Assembly (NCBI GenBank): GCA_003568775.1
Contig: MWMI01000006.1
Span: 1 to 26,539, forward strand
Reading direction: 5' to 3'
DNA length: 26,539 bases
Source of the DNA: Candidatus Nanoclepta minutus
GTDB taxonomy: Archaea; Nanobdellota; Nanobdellia; Nanobdellales; Nanobdellaceae
The position numbers and the translations under genes are program-made. The notes under the pieces were generated by a model that searched no databases, was not told the origin of the DNA, and was given only the letters and a program-made list of their open reading frames with translations. Numbering within the stretch: position 1 is the stretch's first letter; each line of letters starts with the position of its first letter. This document shows positions 1 to 8,956 of the stretch, one piece after another.

Positions 1-794
1 GTTATAAGAAGGAATCGCATTATGGGTATGACTCTAGTTATAAGCATACCCAAGGTTCCATATTTAGAGAGATCGTTTATTATATCACTAGACCTCAATT
101 TCTTTATTATTTCTGCCACATTCCTCCTAAAGGATTCTCCATCATATATTTCAGGTTTTTTATCTCCGAATACAACTATTGCCTTCAGTTTCTTGTATCC
201 CAGTATTGCTCCAAATCCCATCCTTCCAAAAGCATGATACTTCTCTACTAAAATGCTAGAGTATTTTACTAAATTTTCTCCTGCAGGCCCTATACATACT
301 ATTGACAGATCTTTGATATGAAACTCTTCTTTAATTTTATTATAAAGGTATTCGTATGCTTCAAAAACGTTTTTACCCCATATCTCCCTTGCATCTCTTA
401 TCTCAACCCCTTTATCGGAAACTAATAAATATACAGGTTCGTTCGACCTACCTTCTATAATGACTGCATCGTATCCTGCAAACTTTAGATAAGGCCCAAG
501 TTTTCCACCAGAAGAAGACCAAGATAATCTATTATTTAAGGGAGATTTAGATATTACTATAGCCCTTCCTGGCGTTGGTGCACCCTGAATTCCTGTTAGA
601 GGACCAGTTAAAAAGATTATCTTATTTTCTTCAGATAGAGGATCTACTTTTGGGTTTACTTCCTTTAGAAAGTAATATACACCTAACCCCCTACCACCTA
701 ACCAATTCTTGACAACTTCTTCCTCTAGTTTTTCTTCCCTTATTTCTCTACTAGATAGATTAATCCTCAATATCTTACCGGAATATCCAAACAT
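1..794 (-). CDS. aor: Aldehyde:ferredoxin oxidoreductase (AOR family), 5' part only; gene continues beyond the left edge
   Basis: Not in the ORF track because it is truncated. My minus-strand translation from ATG (794-792) gives MFGYSGKILRINLSSREIREEKLEEEVVKNWLGGRGLGVYYFLKEVNPKVDPLSEENKIIFLTGPLTG...SKSPLNN...KFAGYDAVIIEGRSNEPVYL...CIGPAGENLVKYSSI, the canonical AOR N-terminal domain pattern. Confidence 0.85.
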   Translation of the reverse strand, partial: MFGYSGKILRINLSSREIREEKLEEEVVKNWLGGRGLGVYYFLKEVNPKVDPLSEENKIIFLTGPLTGIQGAPTPGRAIVISKSPLNNRLSWSSSGGKLGPYLKFAGYDAVIIEGRSNEPVYLLVSDKGVEIRDAREIWGKNVFEAYEYLYNKIKEEFHIKDLSIVCIGPAGENLVKYSSILVEKYHAFGRMGFGAILGYKKLKAIVVFGDKKPEIYDGESFRRNVAEIIKKLRSSDIINDLSKYGTLGMLITRVIPIMRFLLI

Positions 795-830
795 TATATT
801 TATTTAGGTTTTTTTCTATATATTTTTCTA
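795..830. promoter_or_regulatory. 36-bp divergent promoter spacer between aor and the PDCD5-like gene
   Basis: Almost pure-AT spacer tatatttatttaggtttttttctatatatttttcta. TATA-like TTATATTTATTT lies about 30 nt upstream of ATG 831 (+). AAATATATAG (minus strand) lies about 27 nt upstream of ATG 794. This implies leaderless or very short-leader mRNAs. Confidence 0.35.
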
Positions 831-1115
831 ATGGTTAAGAAGAGTAAAAAAGAGAGAATGGGATTAGAAGAAATAGAGAAGTTATGGGAGTCTATAAAAC
901 CATTTTTAACTAAGGAGGCTCTAGAGAGATTATCTAATCTAAAAGTAGCTCATACAGAAAAATGGTTAAATGCTGTAATAATTATCTATCAATATATTCA
1001 GAGAATGCTAATGGCTGGTAAAGAAGTCAAAATTGATGAGAGAACATTAAAAAATCTATTAGAAAACCTATTTAAGGAAGAAAAAAGGAGACCAAAAATA
1101 AGGTTTATCCATTAA
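831..1115 (+). CDS. PDCD5/TFAR19-like dsDNA-binding protein
   Basis: 94 aa. The pattern LTKEALERLSNLKV...(helical)...KIDERTLKNLLENL...RRPKIRF matches archaeal PDCD5-type DNA-binding proteins (iLtpEA..RL.nl ... it...L..lL ... i.i.r). Confidence 0.7.
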   Translation: MVKKSKKERMGLEEIEKLWESIKPFLTKEALERLSNLKVAHTEKWLNAVIIIYQYIQRMLMAGKEVKIDERTLKNLLENLFKEEKRRPKIRFIH

Positions 1116-2209
1116 GACAATAGCCTATCTGGATTAGATAATTTTTCTGGTAAATACTTTTCTGCTACAAATTCTAAGGATTTAGCTGCCAAAGCATCTT
1201 GTTCTATCTTTATCTTTTTATTTAGCATTTTATTAAACTGCCTTTGCCAGTTTCTATTTTTCTTAAACCAAGGATATTCCATCAACTCTTTAATTCTCTT
1301 TTCATCTCTAGCTGTAAGTTTAATCGTAACTCTCTTTAGGTCATATTCATCTACATCGTCCATGGTCATTCCAACGAACTTTACATCTGGGGTTGCTAGG
1401 AGTTCTGAGAAGTGTGATAGCTTCATTGAACCCCTCTTGATCACGGAATATATATAGTATCCCCAGGGATCTCCATCTGTAAATACATAAACGGGGAGGT
1501 TATGCTCGTATCTCAACCTATGTATCAACCTTCTAACACCTCTTGATGCCTGTCCTTTTGCGGATATTAATATTGCCTTATGCTTTTCAGGAAACCTTTC
1601 TTCAATTAACCTTTCAAAGAGGGCATCTTTCTCTACCACTAGCACAAAATCTGCATTTATATCCAATATCTCGATTTCCTCTATTGTTGATGGGACACCC
1701 CATCCCCCCATTCCTAGTTTTGAACAGTTCCATTCATCACCCCTCGACCTATCCCTCATCGTTATATTACCATATACGTAACCTCTCCTATCCGCTTTTA
1801 TATGTATCTTTTCCCTAATGATGTTTAGGGTTCTCTCGAGATCCTCTATTACACTATCTGATTCCTTTTGTTCATAGAAGGTATCCTCATTTATTATAGG
1901 AATCGTATGTCTAAGCTGATAGAATACTTCCCTTAAGGATGCGGTTCTATTTTCGGAGATCAACTTTTTTGCTAGGGCTGCTATTAGTATGGTCTGTGTA
2001 AACTTTCTTGTATGTCCTAGATTGAAGAACTCTCTATATCCATAGGACTTCTTAAGCTTTATTAGATCCTTTGTAGGATCATATTCAACATACTTCAAGT
2101 TTCCCCTTATAATAAACTTAAATGAAGGATTACCTTTTTCAAACTCTTCATATATCTTTCTTGCAAATTCTTCAATTTTTTTCTTTATTTCTATTTTTTC
2201 AGCATCCAT
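1112..2209 (-). CDS. top6A: DNA topoisomerase VI subunit A (Spo11-like)
   Basis: 365 aa. Catalytic-Tyr context SLREVFYQLRH. Toprim acidic motifs VVEKDALFERL and FTDGDPWGYYI. Lies 9 nt downstream of top6B. Confidence 0.93.
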   Translation of the reverse strand: MDAEKIEIKKKIEEFARKIYEEFEKGNPSFKFIIRGNLKYVEYDPTKDLIKLKKSYGYREFFNLGHTRKFTQTILIAALAKKLISENRTASLREVFYQLRHTIPIINEDTFYEQKESDSVIEDLERTLNIIREKIHIKADRRGYVYGNITMRDRSRGDEWNCSKLGMGGWGVPSTIEEIEILDINADFVLVVEKDALFERLIEERFPEKHKAILISAKGQASRGVRRLIHRLRYEHNLPVYVFTDGDPWGYYIYSVIKRGSMKLSHFSELLATPDVKFVGMTMDDVDEYDLKRVTIKLTARDEKRIKELMEYPWFKKNRNWQRQFNKMLNKKIKIEQDALAAKSLEFVAEKYLPEKLSNPDRLLS

Positions 2210-2218
2210 TATCTATTC

Positions 2219-3958
2219 TTATTTTTCAATCTCTAAAAGCTTTTTTTCCTCAAATTTCTTTATAACATTTTCTATAAGAGCATCTAGTTCCTCCTTGCTC
2301 ATTACCTTAGTTTCTATTACATCCTTTAGTAGTTTCCTTATGAAAGCCTTTGCGCTATCAATTTTTCCTTCTCTTATAAGCCTTCTAACTTCTCTTATAC
2401 CCTTTATTATTTCCTCTATATCTGTAGTTAGCTCTTCTCTAATCCTCTTTATAACCTTTTCTCTCACAGAGCTTTCCGATATTTCCAATAAATCTCCTAA
2501 ATATTTAGATAGCTCCATACCGTAACCATAGAGAGTTTTGTATTTTTCACCTATCGATTCTAAAGATTTCTTTTTATTTAGGAATATTTCCAGCTCTCTT
2601 AATACCTTTTTTACACCTAACTCTATCTCTCTAATTATTTCAGGATAAGGTGCAATAGCCTCCTTTGATTCTGAGGTAAAGGGTATCCATACGGATGCTA
2701 TATGGACCATTATTATTAGGGGATCCTTTACTTTACCTTCCTCTAAAGTTAAACCATAGTTCTTCAGGTTTATTCCCTCTATTGCATTCGTTATTGCACA
2801 TTCTCCGGATTTATATAATAGAGGAACTCTGTTAGCATACCTTATGATCTTAAACTCGTCTATCCTCCCCCCATAGGCTACCCCAACTTCTACTATGAAA
2901 GAGTTACCTTTATAGACTGCAGGCCTCCTTACATATGCAGTTACAAAGTCTGGATCATACAGATACGTTAGGGATCTTATTATATTATCCTTTCCCATAG
3001 TAGTTATGTACTTGGATGGTATGGCCTTAACTTTAGCTTCCTGTAAGACTTCATAAAGCTTTTCAATTTCATCAAAACTTAGTTTTCTTGGATCAGTATC
3101 TTCAGATAAACCAGCCTTTCTTAGTATCTCAAGAGCAGTTTTATTTCCTATACCATAGAATTCCTTCATTAAGAACCTCTTAATATTGCTGTATTTAGTA
3201 TCCTTCAACATCCTCTCAAAGGATCCTATCTCTATTCCATGCGGATGTGGTCTTATTTCCTTTAACTCGGGTACTATGTTTGAGATCCTCTTGTATTCAA
3301 ACATCTCTCCATCTGGATTTATATATGTAATCCTTGCATGTGGGTTAGCAAGTGCAGTAAGTTCTATGTATTCATCTACGGACTGTCTTCCCTTTACATA
3401 TTGGGATTTTATGTATACTGTTACGGAAGTTCCACTCTTCTTGTTCCAGGATATATATTTTCTCTCTTCGACTAATGGTGTATTATCTTTTACGTTTATC
3501 TTTATTTTATGCTTTATTGCTTTATCAGAATCTGGAGTCTTTGTAATAACCTCTATAGGCCTTCTAGTAGTTAACTGAGAATATAATGTTATTGCTGATG
3601 CACCTATACCTTGCTTTCCTCTAGTACATACGTATCTATGGAACTTGGTTCCAAATAAGAAGCTTCCATATATTTCTGGAACTTTTTCATAAGGTATTCC
3701 TGGTCCGTTATCCTCTACGACAACCTTAAACACATCCTTGGACATCCTTATTATCTCAACATATATATCAGGTAGCACTCTTGCTTCCTCACATGCATCT
3801 AGTGAGTTATCTACCAGTTCCTTTACAGAAATTAATAAAGCTTTCCTTAGGCTATCGAATCCTAGTAAATGTCTGTTTTTTTCAAAAAACTCTGCTATTG
3901 AAACTCTTTTAAACTTTTTATACAGTTCTGTATATTCTTTCGGATTATCATCACTCAT
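2219..3958 (-). CDS. top6B: DNA topoisomerase VI subunit B (GHKL ATPase)
   Basis: 579 aa. Bergerat-fold motifs ELVDNSLDA, DNGPGI and GKQGIGAS. Charged helical C-terminal tail. B-A operon order. Confidence 0.93.
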   Translation of the reverse strand: MSDDNPKEYTELYKKFKRVSIAEFFEKNRHLLGFDSLRKALLISVKELVDNSLDACEEARVLPDIYVEIIRMSKDVFKVVVEDNGPGIPYEKVPEIYGSFLFGTKFHRYVCTRGKQGIGASAITLYSQLTTRRPIEVITKTPDSDKAIKHKIKINVKDNTPLVEERKYISWNKKSGTSVTVYIKSQYVKGRQSVDEYIELTALANPHARITYINPDGEMFEYKRISNIVPELKEIRPHPHGIEIGSFERMLKDTKYSNIKRFLMKEFYGIGNKTALEILRKAGLSEDTDPRKLSFDEIEKLYEVLQEAKVKAIPSKYITTMGKDNIIRSLTYLYDPDFVTAYVRRPAVYKGNSFIVEVGVAYGGRIDEFKIIRYANRVPLLYKSGECAITNAIEGINLKNYGLTLEEGKVKDPLIIMVHIASVWIPFTSESKEAIAPYPEIIREIELGVKKVLRELEIFLNKKKSLESIGEKYKTLYGYGMELSKYLGDLLEISESSVREKVIKRIREELTTDIEEIIKGIREVRRLIREGKIDSAKAFIRKLLKDVIETKVMSKEELDALIENVIKKFEEKKLLEIEK

Positions 3959-3981
3959 TTAATTAATATATGTTATCAAAA

Positions 3982-3989
3982 TTTATAAA
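3982..3989 (-). promoter_or_regulatory. TATA-box candidate for the top6B-top6A operon
   Basis: TTTATAAA is centred about 27 nt upstream of the top6B ATG (3958), the spacing expected for a leaderless archaeal mRNA. It sits in a 41-bp AT-rich spacer. Confidence 0.4.
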
Positions 3990-3999
3990 AAATGAATCC

Positions 4000-4521
4000 T
4001 TATAAATAATACATAGCTTCTTTTTCTTTATTTTCAAATATTTTCTTTATTTCTGTTGCTTTTTCAAATACCCTTGTATGAGGGGTTCCTGAAATTAGTT
4101 TATTCAGTGTATAATACGCTGCTTGTATTGATACATCATCCCCAGTTATGTATAGGTATCTATCAGTAATGGAAACCTTCGCACCCGTTCTCTGTTCAAT
4201 TTCTTTAATTGCCTTACCTTCTTCACCGATTATCCTTCCTTTAATCCTTCTTAAATGATTGATTTTTTTGCCAAAAACTTTTTTTAGATCAAATTCAAGT
4301 ATATCATAGTCACCATTATATATTTTTTCGCAAATTTCGATCGAAAAGTTTGCTTTTATACCTTTTAATGCTTTTTCAAACCTATAAATATCATAAAATT
4401 CCTCAAAATAGACTTTTACGAGATTCTTATCTCTATGAAACTTTATCCTGTTCCTTTCTAGGAAGGATTTAAGTAGGTTATAGTCTAACTCCTCTATATA
4501 CACATCGTACGTGTATCCCAT
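4000..4521 (-). CDS. KH-domain RNA-binding protein, archaeal Dim2/Pno1-like
   Basis: 173 aa. C-terminal type-1 KH motif RIKGRIIGEEGKAIKEIEQRTGAKVSI followed by ISGTPHTRVF, as in two-KH aDim2-type proteins. The N-terminal half looks like a degenerate KH. Confidence 0.7.
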   Translation of the reverse strand: MGYTYDVYIEELDYNLLKSFLERNRIKFHRDKNLVKVYFEEFYDIYRFEKALKGIKANFSIEICEKIYNGDYDILEFDLKKVFGKKINHLRRIKGRIIGEEGKAIKEIEQRTGAKVSITDRYLYITGDDVSIQAAYYTLNKLISGTPHTRVFEKATEIKKIFENKEKEAMYYL

Positions 4522-4537
4522 AAAATTTGATTTATTA

Positions 4538-5395
4538 TTATATTTTTAAGTGTGATAGGATATATGGATCTAGGTTCCTAGATATCCTATAGAATACCTT
4601 AGCCCTTAATCCTTCTTCTAGAGTCTTTCTACTCGTCTTGTAGAATATTCCTATAGGTATCCTAGAATCCTGTTTTAAATTATAATCATATTCCATTGCT
4701 CTCTTTAATGCTTCTTCAAAGTTACTATAATCATGGTTTATGTCTTCAAGCTTATACATACGATCTTCATAGAACTTCCTCGTATCATGGAAGGTAATGC
4801 AGGGCTGTAGAATATCTACGAAGGCGAAACCTTTGTGTAGCAAAGCCTCCTTTATTATATACTTTAGATGGTCTATCCATAGTGCATACCCTCTAGCTAC
4901 GAAGGTTGCCCCCGATGCTAGGGCTAGTAGGATTGGGTTTAAGGGTTTTGTAAATACGTTCTGTCCCAAGGATTTTGATGGAAAGTCTTCTTCCGTAGTA
5001 AAAGTATGCTGCCCTACCGTTAAAGCAAATATTTTATTGTTATGAACAAATAGCTTTATGTCTGGATTCTCCTTAGAAGCTGAAACGAAGTGTTCTATTC
5101 CTTCATTATAGGTATCCCCATCACCCTGGAAGACGACAACGTTTAATTCTGGATTAGCAAGTTTTATTCCAATTCCACTGGCCAAAGCCCTTCCGTGCAA
5201 TCCGTTGAGTGAACTAAGATTTATGTAGTCAACTATCTTTGAGGCGCATCCTATTCCAGCTACTACAACTACTTTCCTGGGATCTATCTTACCCTCTTTC
5301 TCCAGTTCTTCTATTGCCTTATTAAATGCAGTTAGTATTCCGAAGTTAGTACAGCCAGGACACCAAGTAGGAAGAACTTTAGATCTTATTTCCAT
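4538..5395 (-). CDS. 2-oxoacid:ferredoxin oxidoreductase, beta (TPP-binding) subunit
   Basis: 285 aa. Contains TWCPGCTNFGIL and the thiamine-PP motif GDGDTYNEG. Start lies 1 nt after the alpha-subunit stop. Confidence 0.9.
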   Translation of the reverse strand: MEIRSKVLPTWCPGCTNFGILTAFNKAIEELEKEGKIDPRKVVVVAGIGCASKIVDYINLSSLNGLHGRALASGIGIKLANPELNVVVFQGDGDTYNEGIEHFVSASKENPDIKLFVHNNKIFALTVGQHTFTTEEDFPSKSLGQNVFTKPLNPILLALASGATFVARGYALWIDHLKYIIKEALLHKGFAFVDILQPCITFHDTRKFYEDRMYKLEDINHDYSNFEEALKRAMEYDYNLKQDSRIPIGIFYKTSRKTLEEGLRAKVFYRISRNLDPYILSHLKI

Positions 5396-5396
5396 T

Positions 5397-7040
5397 TTAT
5401 TTCTCTATTTCTTTTATTTTTCTAATAATTTCGGCCGGAGATATAGGTAAACCGTTATGTTTCAATAGCCTATTTTCGATATATATTCCACACTCCCTCA
5501 TTATAAGCTTTCCAAGCTGTCCAGTTAGGTTATTTTCTACTAATAATACTTTCCTTGAACCCTCTATTATTTCAGAAACTTTCCTTGGAAAAGGATTCAA
5601 ATAGCTTATGTGTAAGTATCTCCATCCCTTTAAACCTTTAAGGGCTTCCATTATTGGCATTTTTGAAGATCCCCAGCTTACTATTAAGTTATCACCCTTT
5701 CCATATATAAAATAGGGATCTAACCTGTAGATTTCCTTTTCGATATGAAACATCTTTATTAGCCTTTTAGCATGCATCCTTTCTGCAAGTTTATGATCAT
5801 CAAATATTTGAAAACCAAATTCATCATGTTCATAAGAGTTTGCCTTTACTATCGCATTTAATCCTGGTATAGCCCTTTCTTTATACCCTCTTTCAGTTAT
5901 TTCATAGAGCTTATAAGTTCCCTGTTCATTTAAATTGATGAACCTTTCGATAGGAACGTTTGGTACCTCTATTTCATCAACGGAGATCCTCGATTCAGCT
6001 AAGAAAGTATCGGATAGTATTATTACCGGTATATTATACTTATATGCTAAATAGAAGGCCTCGATGGTCCTTCTATAAGCCTCTGCAGGATCCCCAGGAG
6101 CAACAACTACCTTTGGAAATTCCCCATGTCCTATGTGGATAGAACTCAAGAGATCTTCTTGAGAAGTAGAGGTTGCTAGTCCTGTGGATGGTCCATATCT
6201 CTGAGCCCAATATATAACTATTGGGATCTCCGCCATTCCTGAAAAGCTTATTCCCTCCCCCATTAGATCTGCTCCTCCACCCGATGTACCTACCATTACT
6301 TTAGCTCCTGCATAGGAAGCTCCAATAGCCATGTTTATCACTCCGACTTCATTATCGGGTTGATAGACTAAAATATCGTATTTATCCTTTAGAGAAGAAA
6401 GGATATGTAGAACGGGTGTTGCGGGGGTCATTGGATAACCAAAATATATATCTAAGCCGGCGGAGATTGCACCATAAGCTATTCCTTCTGATCCAGATAA
6501 ATAATATTTTTCTTTCCTTTTTTCAGGTTTTATATTAAATATTGGTTTTATGTCTAGTTTAAATACTTCCTCTATTATTCTTAGATTTATACTATCCTTT
6601 CCTTTCCTTTCATAAGCTTCCATTAAGCTATCCTTCTTAAACCCTAAGATCTTCCAAAAATAAGATGCTAAAACTGTGTTCTCGTACCTATTGCTAATAT
6701 TATTCTCACTTAAGAACTTTCTTATATCAAAATCTAGTTTCTTCTCAAAATTTATCGATTTATCACATATAACATATCCGTTTTCCTTTAGTTTTTCCTT
6801 ATGCAGATTAACAGTATTTTGATCGAATGCTAGTATGAAATCTATTTCCTCATCGAATGAAAACACTTTATCCTTTGAAAATGAAACTATGTTGTAGTTA
6901 TGTCCACCCTTTATTAGGCTCTGATAGTATCTATAGTTAAATACGTAAAATCCCTCCTTTACAAGGGAGATGGAAATGATATCGGATATAAATTCTATAC
7001 CCTGGCCTGCCTGACCACCTATTAAAATATTATACTTCAT
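5397..7040 (-). CDS. 2-oxoacid:ferredoxin oxidoreductase, fused gamma-alpha subunit
   Basis: 547 aa. N-terminal gamma-type domain (MKYNILIGGQAGQGIEF...) fused to an alpha-type domain (GSEGIAYGAISAGLDIYFGYPMTPATP, GTSGGGADLM). No delta/ferredoxin-subunit ORF is adjacent, so this is the two-subunit type. Confidence 0.9.
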   Translation of the reverse strand: MKYNILIGGQAGQGIEFISDIISISLVKEGFYVFNYRYYQSLIKGGHNYNIVSFSKDKVFSFDEEIDFILAFDQNTVNLHKEKLKENGYVICDKSINFEKKLDFDIRKFLSENNISNRYENTVLASYFWKILGFKKDSLMEAYERKGKDSINLRIIEEVFKLDIKPIFNIKPEKRKEKYYLSGSEGIAYGAISAGLDIYFGYPMTPATPVLHILSSLKDKYDILVYQPDNEVGVINMAIGASYAGAKVMVGTSGGGADLMGEGISFSGMAEIPIVIYWAQRYGPSTGLATSTSQEDLLSSIHIGHGEFPKVVVAPGDPAEAYRRTIEAFYLAYKYNIPVIILSDTFLAESRISVDEIEVPNVPIERFINLNEQGTYKLYEITERGYKERAIPGLNAIVKANSYEHDEFGFQIFDDHKLAERMHAKRLIKMFHIEKEIYRLDPYFIYGKGDNLIVSWGSSKMPIMEALKGLKGWRYLHISYLNPFPRKVSEIIEGSRKVLLVENNLTGQLGKLIMRECGIYIENRLLKHNGLPISPAEIIRKIKEIEK

Positions 7041-7086
7041 AGAATATTCTTATATTGATTACATAAATTTATGGATTTTGTTAGTA

Positions 7087-7671
7087 TCATTTAGTAGATA
7101 GCCTTACATCTACTGCAAAAGCATTGGATTCGTTTATCATTAGGGGATTTATCTCTATCTCTCTTAATCTCTCATTTTCGTATAGAGTAATTAGCTTTTT
7201 AGATATATCATATAGAAGTTCTAGGTTTATCTTCATCCCTCTATATCCAAATAGGACTTTAGATAACTTTAACCTCCTTAAAGAAGCTTCCATTTCCTTC
7301 ATTTCAAAGGGTGGGACGAGTATTACATAATCCCTAAGTAGTTCAGTGTATATACCACCTAACCCAATTAGGAATACTTTTTCAAAGGTAGGGTCTTCCC
7401 TTATACCTATAATAACTTCTATATAGTTCCCAGAGATCTGCCTCTGAACTATTATATCTCTATCTTGGAATCTCCTTGATAGATAATTATAACTTTCCAA
7501 TAGTTCATTAAAATTATTGATGTTTTTTATTATTGCCTTTTCATCCGTCTTATGTAATACATCTGCTTTTATTACTAATGGAAATTTAGGATCCTTCGGT
7601 ATTTCATTTACCCAGTATTCTGGTATGGGAATACCATACTTTTGCAATAATTCAAAGCCTTCTTTCAGCAT
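7087..7671 (-). CDS. acdB: ADP-forming acetyl-CoA synthetase beta-subunit-like ATP-grasp protein
   Basis: 194 aa. Contains LLQKYGIPIPEY, PLVIKADVLHKTD, EVIIGIREDPTFEKVFLIGLGGIYTELLRD and EIEINPLM...AVDVR, which is the ATP-grasp_5 pattern. Short at the N-terminus (see the feature at 7681-7752). Confidence 0.8.
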   Translation of the reverse strand: MLKEGFELLQKYGIPIPEYWVNEIPKDPKFPLVIKADVLHKTDEKAIIKNINNFNELLESYNYLSRRFQDRDIIVQRQISGNYIEVIIGIREDPTFEKVFLIGLGGIYTELLRDYVILVPPFEMKEMEASLRRLKLSKVLFGYRGMKINLELLYDISKKLITLYENERLREIEINPLMINESNAFAVDVRLSTK

Positions 7672-7680
7672 TTTTATACT

Positions 7681-7752
7681 TCAGGTATAGACTAATTGAA
7701 CTTTAGCCTTATTATCCTTTTCTAAACCTTCTCTCGCCCTATACATTTCCAT
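7681..7752 (-). other. In-frame upstream segment of the acdB-like gene ending in TGA (split N-terminus or 23-codon uORF)
   Basis: My translation in the same frame as acdB reads MEMYRAREGLEKDNKAKVQLVYT-TGA(7683-7681)-SIK-M(7671)LKEGFELL... A TATA-like TTTTTAACA (7773-7781, minus strand) lies about 25 nt upstream of ATG 7752. Confidence 0.35.
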
Positions 7753-7840
7753 AAGAGAATAGTATTCATCTGTGTTAAAAACCTTTATCGATTTCTGTAA
7801 CTTAGAATCCTCTAATAAACTTTTAAGTATATATCCTCTT

Positions 7841-8398
7841 ATGGGGACGAATATAAAGAAACTTTCAGAAAAGATAGTACAAGATTATATTTCAAAGGGT
7901 GGTATTATGGCATATACGTTAGAGGAGACTATCAATTATACAGAAAGGTTTCTGGAAGCAGCTGAAAAGGGTAGATGCTTGGATTTATGTCTAAAATCAT
8001 TGAATAATATACTATATACCATAACAGAAAGCTTTTCACAGCTCCCTAAGATAGATATAAAAGACTTATTATTTTTAGAAAGGAGTTTATATAAGTATAT
8101 TGATGGTCTAAGATATTTACAGAGAACTTTACGTATAAATCCCGTTATAAGTTGTAGACAATACTGTTCAGAAGAAATTACCGGTATATTGATGGGAATT
8201 ATAAGGGGTTATTTAAAGTATAGACTAGCAAAGGAAGGATTGTACCCGGAAGAATATATGGAGGATTTCTGTAGTTACGCTAGGAAACTGAAGGTTACAA
8301 GACCATATGAGGTTCCAGAAGAATATTTATCATTGGTTATATGGGGTATAGCAGAAAAAAACCTAAATGAAAGGTTAAGGGAAAAAGGCTTAATATAA
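7841..8398 (+). CDS. Hypothetical helical protein with two C-x3-C pairs; start uncertain
   Basis: The ORF track starts at GTG 7772. The first ATGs are at 7841 and 7907, the latter with GGGTGG 4-6 nt upstream. The protein has no His and carries CLDLC and CRQYC plus one further Cys. I recognise no family. Confidence 0.55.
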   Translation: MGTNIKKLSEKIVQDYISKGGIMAYTLEETINYTERFLEAAEKGRCLDLCLKSLNNILYTITESFSQLPKIDIKDLLFLERSLYKYIDGLRYLQRTLRINPVISCRQYCSEEITGILMGIIRGYLKYRLAKEGLYPEEYMEDFCSYARKLKVTRPYEVPEEYLSLVIWGIAEKNLNERLREKGLI

Positions 8399-8407
8399 AG
8401 ATCAAAT

Positions 8408-8947
8408 TCATTTAATTATTTTAATCTTCTCTGCAAAAGCAAACGCTTTTCCTCCTTTATGCATAGGTACCCTACTTATATCTTCCCATCCATACCTACC
8501 GAATCCCTTTGCTTCCCAATTTACGACTTCACCTATATAAAATATATCTTCTCCAACTTCGAGAGAGTCCGTTAGCTTACATTCCATAAATCCAAGGGAA
8601 TCCTCTATTATAGGTACATCCAGCTTCTTTCCAGAAATAACTTTTATACCGAACTCTTTTACTTTATCTATCTCCTTCCCAGATGTTGTTCCAACTTTCC
8701 ATAATAGGTTTATATCTTCTATTATGTTTATAGAGAATTGTTTGTATTTTTCTATTAACGAGTTTGTATAGTTTTCTTTATAAGAGGCAAATCCAACAAT
8801 CGGTGGTTCTTCTGAGACGGGTGTTATCCATGATACAGTTGCAAAGTTTATTTCACCAACCTTAATGCTACCCGATCCTACTGCAACTACAGGTCTAGGG
8901 TGTAAGAGGTAATAGAATTTCATTAAAGTTAAGTTATTTCCCAGCAT
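8408..8947 (-). CDS. Flavin reductase-like FMN-binding domain protein
   Basis: 179 aa. Contains LLHPRPVVAVGSGS, NFATVSWITPVSEEPPIV and GTTSGKEIDKVKEFGI, which is the flavin_reduct pattern. An alternative start at ATG 8923 (MKFYYLL) has TATATTTTTAA about 28 nt upstream. Confidence 0.75.
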   Translation of the reverse strand: MLGNNLTLMKFYYLLHPRPVVAVGSGSIKVGEINFATVSWITPVSEEPPIVGFASYKENYTNSLIEKYKQFSINIIEDINLLWKVGTTSGKEIDKVKEFGIKVISGKKLDVPIIEDSLGFMECKLTDSLEVGEDIFYIGEVVNWEAKGFGRYGWEDISRVPMHKGGKAFAFAEKIKIIK

Positions 8948-8956
8948 TAAAAATAT

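Noticed and set aside
1112-1115. Convergent PDCD5-like and top6A genes share a palindromic TTAA, giving a TAA stop on both strands.
   Set aside because: The observation is real, but this is a trivial consequence of compaction in AT-rich DNA. No hairpin or other signal was evident.
7680-7771. A possible C/D-box sRNA on the minus strand (AGAUGA near 7771-7766 and CUGA at 7683-7680).
   Set aside because: The C box has a mismatch, there are no internal C'/D' boxes, and the ~90-nt spacing is too long. The region is better explained as the acdB upstream segment.
7753-7884. The acdB frame stays open upstream to 7884 (…GYILKSLLEDSKLQKSIKVFNTDEYYSL). I considered it a relic of an ACS alpha-subunit C-terminus, that is, a decayed alpha-beta fusion.
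   Set aside because: It has no start codon. The resemblance is only a vague GIPVF.TPE-like pattern (SIKVFNTDE), and there is no further alpha-like sequence upstream. It also overlaps the plus-strand ORF. It could still be tested in the same alignment proposed for the TGA finding.
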